DNA from: an uncultured Desulfurococcales archaeon
GTDB taxonomy: Archaea; Thermoproteota; Thermoprotei_A; Sulfolobales; Pyrodictiaceae
NCBI GenBank assembly: GCA_964613695.1
Contig: CAZTIR010000001.1
Location: 27,450-91,449, forward strand
Reading direction: 5' to 3'
DNA: 64,000 bases
The notes below the pieces were generated by a model. It ran no database searches. It was given only the letters and a program-made list of their open reading frames with translations, and had not been told where the DNA came from. Position 1 is the first letter of the stretch, and every line of letters starts with the position of its first letter. Positions 57,801-64,000 of this stretch are shown piece by piece. The position numbers and the translations under genes are program-made.

Positions 57801-58021
57801 CGGTGGACGCTGTCATAGAGGTTGTTGTGGCTGGGCCGCAGGACGCGATAAGGCTCGCAGAGAGGCTACGCGACTACATCGCCAGGGAGACGAGGGCGTC
57901 GAAACTGGTGTTGACGAGCGATGAGGGCAGGGCTAGGGAGGCTGGGGGGCTGGTTATGGAGTGGGAGATTGGGGACGAGAAGTTCGTGATAAGCGTTAAG
58001 CCTGTGGGCTCGGCCGGTTGA
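54836..58021 (+). CDS. ileS: Isoleucine--tRNA ligase
   Basis: DGPPY, GYDCHGLPIE, WTTTPWTLP, SRQRYWG, EGHDQTRGWF, MHKS. Confidence 0.98.
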   Translation: MPVVGKIEGVYDPHTVEEWVKRFWERERIYSRLREWRRGRRRFYFLDGPPYPSSDVPHAGTAWNKVLKDAILRYRRLVGYDVWDKPGYDCHGLPIEVQLEKQLGIRVKREIEEKVGVEKFVEMCKEFALRNVEGLTRWFKELGVFMDWENPYLTLRDEYIEAEWWLVKRAWEQGLLEREKRVVYWCPRCGTTLAEYEVEYREIEDPSIYVKFRVEGRDNEYLVIWTTTPWTLPANAFVMIHPEAEYAKVRVGGEVLIIASARVERVMEEAGIKDYEIVERVKGSELVGLRYVHPLEDVIPLQSRLKKFHQVVAAAEHVTLHEGTGLVHAAPGHGFEDFEVAKRMGWEEAIVAPIDDEGRFTEEAGPLKGMQAREANKVIIKMLEERGALLHAGTLVHRYPVCWRCKTPVLLRATPQWVVKVTRLKERIAEEARRANWIPKWALDRLMSMVENLQDWVLSRQRYWGAPLPVWVCENCGYVHVVGSVRELEEMGGEKPRELHRPWVDRVTLRCPKCGGVKRRVPDVMDVWLDSGVAFYASRGHPEKTGFEKADFITEGHDQTRGWFFSLLRAGVIGFGEVPYRNVLVHGFMLDEKGREMHKSLGNYVDAATIVRRAGRDPFRLWVLQNTTWEDARFSWKALEHAKRDLGVVWNVFVFASTYMSLDRFDPEEYTLEKLWNNLEVEDKWLLSRLAGLVERVTKAFEEYRVHEAARALREFILEDVSRWYIRLVRRRVWLEEQDPSKLAAYATLYRVLRDWLVMASTITPFIAEYLYQHFIRPAEKGAPPSIAMMDWPSVPSDWRDERLEEDMRIVREVVEAIAAARMRAGLKLRQPVREVIVFTSDERVASAVERLKRIVVEMGNAKSISVKNVAELEELLVYEVEPVYSRLGPRYKRLTKKIVEYLEREGDRVARDILAAGAHKTVIDGVEVVIERDDVKIRAKPRTGYAITETSWGSVAIDTRLTEEEIAEGLARDIVRRIQYMRKMLKLPVDAVIEVVVAGPQDAIRLAERLRDYIARETRASKLVLTSDEGRAREAGGLVMEWEIGDEKFVISVKPVGSAG

Positions 58022-58073
58022 TCCCTCTTCATCGGATATGTTCCTCTGATTATCGGGCCCTCCTCACCACCCA
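58005..58073 (-). ncRNA. Candidate box C/D sRNA spanning the convergent ileS/orphan junction
   Basis: UGGGU-G-GUGAGGA-GGGCCCGAUAAU-CAGA-GGAACAUAUCC-GAUGAAGA-GGGAUCAACCGG-CCGA-GCCCA; D guide complementary to 16S CCGGUUGAUCC (recalled consensus). Confidence 0.78.
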
Positions 58074-58505
58074 TCCACCCTTCTCTCGTAGACGCTTTTC
58101 TAGGTGTCTCTTGAGCAGCTTGTAGGCAAGGTCATAGATCTTAGCGGGTATCCTCATCTCGACCCATCTGCCGTTCTTCAACCATATTGTTATCTTCGCG
58201 TCCTCCTCCCTCCTCAGTATCTCGACCTTCACAACATCGTCATAGTTTATTCGAAAATCCTCGCCGCGAGACTCTCCAGTCTCGCGCCTCCTCTTCTTCA
58301 GGATACTGTATAGGAACATGTCCTGCCGCTTCCCAGGCCCAGCGAAGGGCTTTACACCCTCCCAGTAGCCGCCGAGGTACTCGAACCTGATACCATCCTC
58401 CTCGAAGTACACGTCATAGTGTTGCACCTCGCCGGCCCTCCTGACCTGTACGCTGAAGAGGGCGTTTGGAGGTATCTCCTCTCTCCTCGTGAACCTCTTC
58501 GCCAT
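58050..58505 (-). CDS. Hypothetical protein, possibly PH-like fold
   Basis: YDVYFEEDGIRFEY...INYDDVVKVEI...ITIWLKNGRWVEMRI followed by a C-terminal helix. Confidence 0.6.
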   Translation of the reverse strand: MAKRFTRREEIPPNALFSVQVRRAGEVQHYDVYFEEDGIRFEYLGGYWEGVKPFAGPGKRQDMFLYSILKKRRRETGESRGEDFRINYDDVVKVEILRREEDAKITIWLKNGRWVEMRIPAKIYDLAYKLLKRHLEKRLREKGGWVVRRAR

Positions 58506-58558
58506 GCCTCTCGCACCCTGGTAACGTAATAGGGTTGTAGGCGCGGCTATGAAGCGTA

Positions 58559-59509
58559 ATGGGTAGGGTTATGCAGAAGGGTGTCGAGGAGCAAGAAGAT
58601 CCTATAGTGAGGAGGGTTAGGGAGATATACGGGCAGGTCATCGAGGAGAGGGAGCCTATACGCGACCCGGATAGGATGGTGAGGGTTCTACGCGAAGAGT
58701 TTAAGCTGATAGTTGATAAGAGGCTGGTGTCGCTGGTTCTCGCCGCCTTTCTAGCTGGGCGTCCGGTGCTCTTCGAGGGGCCGCCGGGCACCGGTAAGAC
58801 GGAGATCGGTGAGGCTATACTAACCCTGTGGGCTGGCAAGACTGCCTTCATACTCCCCTGCAGCGAGAACTATGATGAGTACCGTGTGATAGGGGACTTT
58901 CACCCCCTCATGGCGATGAAACATGGTTTCAACGAGGAGAGTTTCATACCGCGTCCGCTGCTAGCTGCTCTGATACTCGATGCGGGTGTACTCGTTGACG
59001 AGATAAGGAGGAGTAGCGAGGAGTTCCAGAACATGCTGCTAGACATTATAGACAAGAGGCGTATAGTGGTGCCAGAGTTGAAGAGGGTGTTCAGGGCGAG
59101 GGGCATAGGCTTCCAGGTGATATTCACGAGCAACCCGGAGGACTTGGGTCAGGGTGAGCTCAGCGACGCGTTTCTAAGGAGGGTTGTCAGGATACGCTTC
59201 GACTACCCGCCCCCGGAGCGCGAAGCCGAGATAGTCAAGATTAGGCTAGACTCGCGTGCAAGAATCCCTGATGAGATACTCTCGAGGATGATAATGGCGG
59301 TTAACGAGCTTAGAAAGAGGGCTGCTTACAAGCCCGGCCCTGCTGATACCGTGACATGGGCTCGTCTGGCCGCGCGGCTCGCGGAGCTACGGGGCTCCGA
59401 CGTGGTAGAGGTGAGGGACGTGATTGACGCGGCAACGGTAACCCTATACAAGAGGGTTGAGGAGGAGGAGCTAGTGGATGAGGTTCTCCGGGAGGTCTTT
59501 GGAGCTTGA
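58559..59509 (+). CDS. MoxR-family AAA+ ATPase (CoxD-like)
   Basis: LFEGPPGTGKT, VLVDE, FTSNP, LSDAFLRR, FDYP. Confidence 0.92.
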   Translation: MGRVMQKGVEEQEDPIVRRVREIYGQVIEEREPIRDPDRMVRVLREEFKLIVDKRLVSLVLAAFLAGRPVLFEGPPGTGKTEIGEAILTLWAGKTAFILPCSENYDEYRVIGDFHPLMAMKHGFNEESFIPRPLLAALILDAGVLVDEIRRSSEEFQNMLLDIIDKRRIVVPELKRVFRARGIGFQVIFTSNPEDLGQGELSDAFLRRVVRIRFDYPPPEREAEIVKIRLDSRARIPDEILSRMIMAVNELRKRAAYKPGPADTVTWARLAARLAELRGSDVVEVRDVIDAATVTLYKRVEEEELVDEVLREVFGA

Positions 59510-61482
59510 AAATCAGTGAGGATCTCGTGGATACTCTCCTACGCCTGGCTGAGAGGCTGAGGAGCGAGGGCTTATCGATAGGGACTTCCGAGCTCGTAGA
59601 CACTCTGAGGATAGTGGAGAACCTGGCGCTTCTAGAGTCACGCGAGCCCAGCCTTGACGATCTCTATACCGTCGCCCGCTGCGTCCTAGCTCACAATGAT
59701 AGGGAGGTTGCTCTACTCGATCAGGTTTGGCGTGAGATGAGCTCACAGTGGAGCCTCCAAAAGGTGGTCAACGCCGTTGAGGAGGATTTGAAAAGGCTTG
59801 GGGTGAGGTGGGGTGCACGACTGCCGTCCAAGAGGAGGTTGCTAAACGGGCCTGGTGCGGAGGAGAGGAGGGAGGCCTATTCTAGGCTAAGGCTCCTAGG
59901 CCTCATAGTTAGAACTCCCCGCGGCGACGTGGTGCTAGACAAGAGTAGTGCTATTAGACGGTTGAAGAGCATTATGAGGAAGTATGGTGACCCGTGGAAC
60001 GCGCTAGCAGACTCCGCGGCAAGGATGATATCACGCGGTAGGATAGAGTGGTTCGCGCTCTACGCAGCCCCGATCGACGAGTCGAAGCTCAGCAGTATTG
60101 ATGTCGATCGGGTTGCTAGTGCTGGCCTCCAGGCTCTCCAAGAGGGTAACCGCGGATTGGCTAGGAAGCTGGCTCATCTCGTGTCGCGGCGGTTGGAGGC
60201 GGGAGAGGCTCCTAGAAACGCTTGGAATGCTTTCCGGTTGTTGAGGAGGCTTGGAATGCTTACACCCTCTAGTCTCGCTAGCCTGCTCCGGAGCGAGCCG
60301 CGGATCGTTGACGAGATGCTGAAGAGCCGGGAGGATCGCGATATGCTCGCAGAGGCTGTTAGGATGCTAGATACGCGCTCCTTACGCCCCGTCTTAAAGA
60401 GGATTGCGAGAGATCCTAGGGGCTTGGAGGTGGCCACGAGCTTACTAGGGGAGGTTGACCTTGAGGCTTGGAGCGAGGTTAGGTTCTCGAGGATTCCTAG
60501 AGACTGGCGCGAAGCGGCTATAGCCGCTGTTAGTGCTCTCGCGAGGGCGGAGGAGAGTCTCCTAGCGGCTGCTGGGGGGAGTGAGGCTAACTTCTACATG
60601 GCGCTTGACGAGCTTAGAAGGTTTGAGAACATTAGGCTCGACGACGCGCCCGATTGGCTGCGTGGGCTCGTGGAGAGGTATAGGGAGAGGGTTGAGAGGC
60701 TGAAGAGCGTAGTCGAGGGCTCCGGCGACATCCTGGTACGCCTGCAGGGTATAGTGCGTAGCATGGATCCTCTCGACGCCCTGTTCTACCTGCGGAGCGT
60801 CTACCAGGAGGGCGACGTGAACCTAAAGAGGGTTGCTCTGAGGCTCGCCGAGATCATCTGGCGTAGGCTCGAGTCGCGTGCAAGAGGACCCAGGCTCCTT
60901 GAGGAGAAGAGGCTTCTAGACAAGCGTGGGCGCATCGATGTGCGCAGAACCCTCTACAACATTGTATCGTTGAGGGAGGAGCCTATAGTTGCTAGGCGTA
61001 GGAGGGAGAAGAGGCTTCTAGCCTTAGTGCTCGACATCAGCGGCAGCATGGCGAAGTACTCGGTATGGGCTCTTCTAGCCGCTTCTAGCTTCTCATCCAT
61101 AGTGTCGAGCCTAACGCTCTTCTCGAGCAACGTTGTTATCGTCAGGGACGCTTGGAGGCTTAGCAGGAGGAGGATTATAGAGCTGTTGTTTAGGGCCAGG
61201 TTTGAAGGCTATACTAACATATCGTTGGCCCTACGCGAGACAGCCAGGCTATACCACATGCCCCACCGGATGGTAATAGTCACAGATCTATGCCAAACAG
61301 TTGAGGACGAGAAGCCTAGCGAGGTGACGGCGCAGTTGTCGAAACGCGGCTGGAGGCTCTATTATATACTGCCGCCCAGGCACTGTGTCGAGGAGAAAGC
61401 CGCTGCCGAGAGGCATGCAACCCTGCTGGTAGTCTCCAGGCCCGAGGAGATACCGAGAATCTTGCAAAGAATCCACATGTAG
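59506..61482 (+). CDS. VWA-domain protein (CoxE-like)
   Basis: N-terminal LRSEGLSIGTSELVD, IDVRRTL, MIDAS DISGSM...GYTN...VTD. Confidence 0.88.
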   Translation: MKISEDLVDTLLRLAERLRSEGLSIGTSELVDTLRIVENLALLESREPSLDDLYTVARCVLAHNDREVALLDQVWREMSSQWSLQKVVNAVEEDLKRLGVRWGARLPSKRRLLNGPGAEERREAYSRLRLLGLIVRTPRGDVVLDKSSAIRRLKSIMRKYGDPWNALADSAARMISRGRIEWFALYAAPIDESKLSSIDVDRVASAGLQALQEGNRGLARKLAHLVSRRLEAGEAPRNAWNAFRLLRRLGMLTPSSLASLLRSEPRIVDEMLKSREDRDMLAEAVRMLDTRSLRPVLKRIARDPRGLEVATSLLGEVDLEAWSEVRFSRIPRDWREAAIAAVSALARAEESLLAAAGGSEANFYMALDELRRFENIRLDDAPDWLRGLVERYRERVERLKSVVEGSGDILVRLQGIVRSMDPLDALFYLRSVYQEGDVNLKRVALRLAEIIWRRLESRARGPRLLEEKRLLDKRGRIDVRRTLYNIVSLREEPIVARRRREKRLLALVLDISGSMAKYSVWALLAASSFSSIVSSLTLFSSNVVIVRDAWRLSRRRIIELLFRARFEGYTNISLALRETARLYHMPHRMVIVTDLCQTVEDEKPSEVTAQLSKRGWRLYYILPPRHCVEEKAAAERHATLLVVSRPEEIPRILQRIHM

Positions 61483-61502
61483 TCCTCCCGGGTGCTCCAC
61501 CG

Positions 61503-62453
61503 TTGCCAAAAAGGCCTAGATGCGCCAGGTGTGGGAGGAGCGCCTCCTATACCCCAAGCTGGGCGCCGAAGCTCTCGCTCTGCGAGGAGCATTTCATAGA
61601 GGCTTTTCGTAAGAGGGTCGAGAAGGCTCTCGACAAGGGGTTGAGGAGAGTCGAGATTAGGCGTGTTCTGGTCGGCGTCTCTGGCGGCAAGGATAGTGTT
61701 GCACTCCTAGATGTGCTTGCCTGGTACTCCTCTCGCAGGGGCTTCGAGGTTATCGGCGCTTATATTGATCTGGGTATACCCGGCTACTCTAAACACTCGA
61801 TGCGCGTCGCCGTGGATGCCTTCAATACTATTGGCGTTGATTATGTTGTGGTTGAGGCGAGGGAGGTTCTAGGGGTCGATACTAGGCTCGCTCACGAAGC
61901 CTTCACCGAGAGGGTGGTTTCGAGGCCCACTTGCTCGGTATGCGGGATGATAAAGAGGCGTATCCTCGAGACGCTCGCTAAGAACCTTGGCGCCGATGCT
62001 ATCGCGACGGGGCATACTTTCGACGATGTCTTCTCCTTTACCCTCCAGAACCTTGCCAGCGGATACCGGGAGACATTCGCAGTAGTGGAGAGGGGTTCTG
62101 GGCTCATGCGCCTGAAGCCACTGCTTGTGGTTAGGGAGTCGGATACTCTAGCCTACGTGGAGGCGCGTAGGCTACCCTTCACCGAGACGCCATGCCCCTA
62201 CAAGCCTTCTAGATCCGTGACCGCCTGGTATAAGTACGTAGGGGGTCTCCTGGGGTCTCTTAACCCTGGTTTAGCCTCCAGCCTTGCTGGCATAAGGTAC
62301 GAGGCTCGAAAGGCCGAGGTGCGTGGGAGGTGCGTCTACTGTGGCTCTGTTACCGCAGAGCGCGTGTGTAGCACTTGTAGGACAGTCTCGCAGATACTAC
62401 GCTGGCTGGTCGAGAATCAGGGTTATCATAGTACAGCTGGGGAGCGGCATTAG
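61503..62453 (+). CDS. TtuA/TtcA-family tRNA thiolase (PP-loop)
   Basis: CARC...CEEH Zn finger, SGGKDS, CSVCGMIKR, TGHTFDD, CPY, CVYC...CSTC. Confidence 0.88.
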   Translation: MPKRPRCARCGRSASYTPSWAPKLSLCEEHFIEAFRKRVEKALDKGLRRVEIRRVLVGVSGGKDSVALLDVLAWYSSRRGFEVIGAYIDLGIPGYSKHSMRVAVDAFNTIGVDYVVVEAREVLGVDTRLAHEAFTERVVSRPTCSVCGMIKRRILETLAKNLGADAIATGHTFDDVFSFTLQNLASGYRETFAVVERGSGLMRLKPLLVVRESDTLAYVEARRLPFTETPCPYKPSRSVTAWYKYVGGLLGSLNPGLASSLAGIRYEARKAEVRGRCVYCGSVTAERVCSTCRTVSQILRWLVENQGYHSTAGERH

Positions 62454-62628
62454 AGAAGTCTGCGTGAGGGTACCGACGCCTACGACTCTACTAGAGGTGC
62501 TGGAGGCTTTGGGCTTACCACATACTCTTGCCAAGACATACTCGTGTAGCGGAGAGCCCTTGCCGCTATCAACTATTATCAACCGCGATTCGTGCATCAA
62601 GATTGTTCTGGTTGAGAGCCCAGGCTAG
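62323..62628 (+). CDS. Ubiquitin-like (MoaD/ThiS/TtuB) beta-grasp protein ending in PG; start unresolved
   Basis: RIRVIIVQ...TLLEVLEALGL...GEPLP...IKIVLVESPG beta-grasp pattern directly after the thiolase. Confidence 0.55.
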   Translation: MGGASTVALLPQSACVALVGQSRRYYAGWSRIRVIIVQLGSGIREVCVRVPTPTTLLEVLEALGLPHTLAKTYSCSGEPLPLSTIINRDSCIKIVLVESPG

Positions 62629-63165
62629 AGCATTGGGCACGCACACGATATCCTTATCCGTCTCGCCTATGTACCTCTCACACATTGATGCCCTCCTACG
62701 CGCCTCCACCTTCTTCATAAGCGTGTACACCGCGTACCTCCTCGTAACCCTAACCTGTTCTCTAACAGCATCTTCGACGCTAAGGGCGAGATCGAACACT
62801 GTGAACGCGTAGCTCTCGTCAACGCTCTTGTCGCGTAGGGGTAGGCGCGTAGCCTCAGCCTCAACTATATCCACGAGGTGTCCAACGCCAAGCTTTCTAA
62901 CACGCCTGGCGCAGAAGTATAGCATACATATTGTGAGGTCGAGCGCTATGTAGTAGCTAACGTCTCCTAGTAACCTCTTCGAGTCTAGATACTCGAGGAG
63001 GAGGCAGGTGCCAGCCCCTATGTCTAGGAGCGTGCCGCGTGGAGGATGGGAGGAGAAAACAACGTTGTACTTCTCTCGCTGCTCCTCGCCGTAGAGCTCA
63101 TCATAGCCTCCAGCGGTGATGCAGTACTTCTCCCGGATGATACGGGGGTCGGGCAAAACCGGCAC
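62569..63165 (-). CDS. Class I SAM-dependent methyltransferase
   Basis: YDELYGEEQREKY, LLDIGAGT, LDLT, AEATRLPLRDKSVD. Confidence 0.85.
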   Translation of the reverse strand: MPVLPDPRIIREKYCITAGGYDELYGEEQREKYNVVFSSHPPRGTLLDIGAGTCLLLEYLDSKRLLGDVSYYIALDLTICMLYFCARRVRKLGVGHLVDIVEAEATRLPLRDKSVDESYAFTVFDLALSVEDAVREQVRVTRRYAVYTLMKKVEARRRASMCERYIGETDKDIVCVPNALAWALNQNNLDARIAVDNS

Positions 63166-63171
63166 CGGGTT

Positions 63172-63618
63172 TTACTTGAGGGCCACGTGTAGCGTGCTCT
63201 TCGTAGCCTTGAGGCCTGGCTCGCCGTGCTTGACAGGCTTGCATGTTGGCGAGAACTCTCCGAGATAGTGGCCTATCATCTCCGGAGTTATCTTAACCGG
63301 GATGAACTCCTTGCCGTTGTACACGGCTATCGTTAGCCCAACCATCTCGGGTAGTATTATCATGTCCCTAACGTGAGTCTTTATAACGACCTTCTCGCCC
63401 CGCAGCATCTTCTGCCTCGCTTTCTTTATCTTACGCAGCAGTATACGCTGCGCCTCGGTGAAGCCCCTCATTAGGCTCCTACGCTGCCTCGCAGGGAGGA
63501 GCTTCGCAAACTCGTCCATGCTCATTTGGAGTAGTTGCTCAAGAGTGTAACCACGGTAGCGGAACTTCCTCCACTCTGGTGGTAGCATCTCAAGCCATTT
63601 CCTAATCTCCTCGGACAT
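63172..63618 (-). CDS. rps19: 30S ribosomal protein S19
   Basis: [31 protein letters not shown]. Confidence 0.97.
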   Translation of the reverse strand: MSEEIRKWLEMLPPEWRKFRYRGYTLEQLLQMSMDEFAKLLPARQRRSLMRGFTEAQRILLRKIKKARQKMLRGEKVVIKTHVRDMIILPEMVGLTIAVYNGKEFIPVKITPEMIGHYLGEFSPTCKPVKHGEPGLKATKSTLHVALK

Positions 63619-63663
63619 ACACGAGCACCCCCGCGGGACGTGACGAGGGATAGGGTTTTAGTG

Positions 63664-64000
63664 CTACCTCTTCCGGCGGCCAGTCTGTCTCGCCGCGATG
63701 TGGCCAACCTTCTGGCCCGGCGGCGCCTCTCTCGCAACGGTTGTCGGGAAGCTTGGGCTCTGGTGGCTTCCGCCGCCGTGCGGGTGGCTGACAGCGTTCA
63801 TCGCTACGCCGCGGACGCGCGGCCACTTGTGGGCCTTAGCACTCCACTTGTAGTAGGCGTTGCCTGCCTTGAGCAACGGCTTCTCTAGTCTACCGCCGCC
63901 AGCCGGTATGCCCACAGTGGCTCTAGCCTCATTCGGTATCTCCTTGACCTTACCGCTAGGCAGCTGCACTATCGTCTTGTTCCCAGTCCTACCGATGACT
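63664..64000 (-). CDS. rpl2: 50S ribosomal protein L2, C-terminal part (5' end outside the window)
   Basis: [38 protein letters not shown]. Confidence 0.97.
   Translation of the reverse strand, partial: VIGRTGNKTIVQLPSGKVKEIPNEARATVGIPAGGGRLEKPLLKAGNAYYKWSAKAHKWPRVRGVAMNAVSHPHGGGSHQSPSFPTTVAREAPPGQKVGHIAARQTGRRKR

Noticed and set aside
1-64000. The many 60-240 aa ORFs antisense to or out of frame within assigned genes
   Set aside because: Shadow ORFs expected in GC-rich DNA; they have no motifs or SD support and are fully nested in well-supported genes.
1-64000. CRISPR arrays, tRNA/rRNA genes, IS elements, integrases
   Set aside because: No regularly spaced repeats, cloverleaf/T-loop signatures, terminal inverted repeats or transposase motifs were found by eye; a tRNAscan/CRISPR-finder run would confirm.

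Overview
A 64-kb GC-rich core-genome segment of a hyperthermophilic crenarchaeon. The inference of Thermoproteota, probably Desulfurococcales/Pyrodictiaceae-like, rests on PolB1, S25e, L14e/L34e, Cbf5 and GGGGTG/GGAGG ribosome-binding sites. It carries a replication/repair cluster (polB1, rqcH, priL, nucS, PCNA), glyS and ileS, a branched-chain amino-acid cluster, lipid/quinone genes and most of the ribosomal-protein superoperon. No CRISPR array, tRNA, rRNA, transposase or integrase was recognised. Main signals not explained by the ORF track: (1) nine candidate box C/D guide sRNAs at gene junctions, several with guides complementary to conserved 16S/23S segments (targets recalled from consensus, not present in the window); (2) a ~1087-aa surface glycoprotein and a secreted caspase/gingipain-like His-Cys protein occupying the place of rpl2-rps19 inside the S10-type operon; (3) a Trp/Tyr/Pro-rich two-microprotein operon behind a perfect 20-bp palindromic operator; (4) a stand-alone catalytic-domain-only TGT paralogue; (5) a folE operon with a radical-SAM paralogue missing a cluster ligand, converging on a shrunken nitrilase-like gene; (6) a MoxR-VWA-TtuA-ubiquitin-like operon with a non-canonical Ubl; (7) a CTG start codon and several unannotated micro-ORFs.
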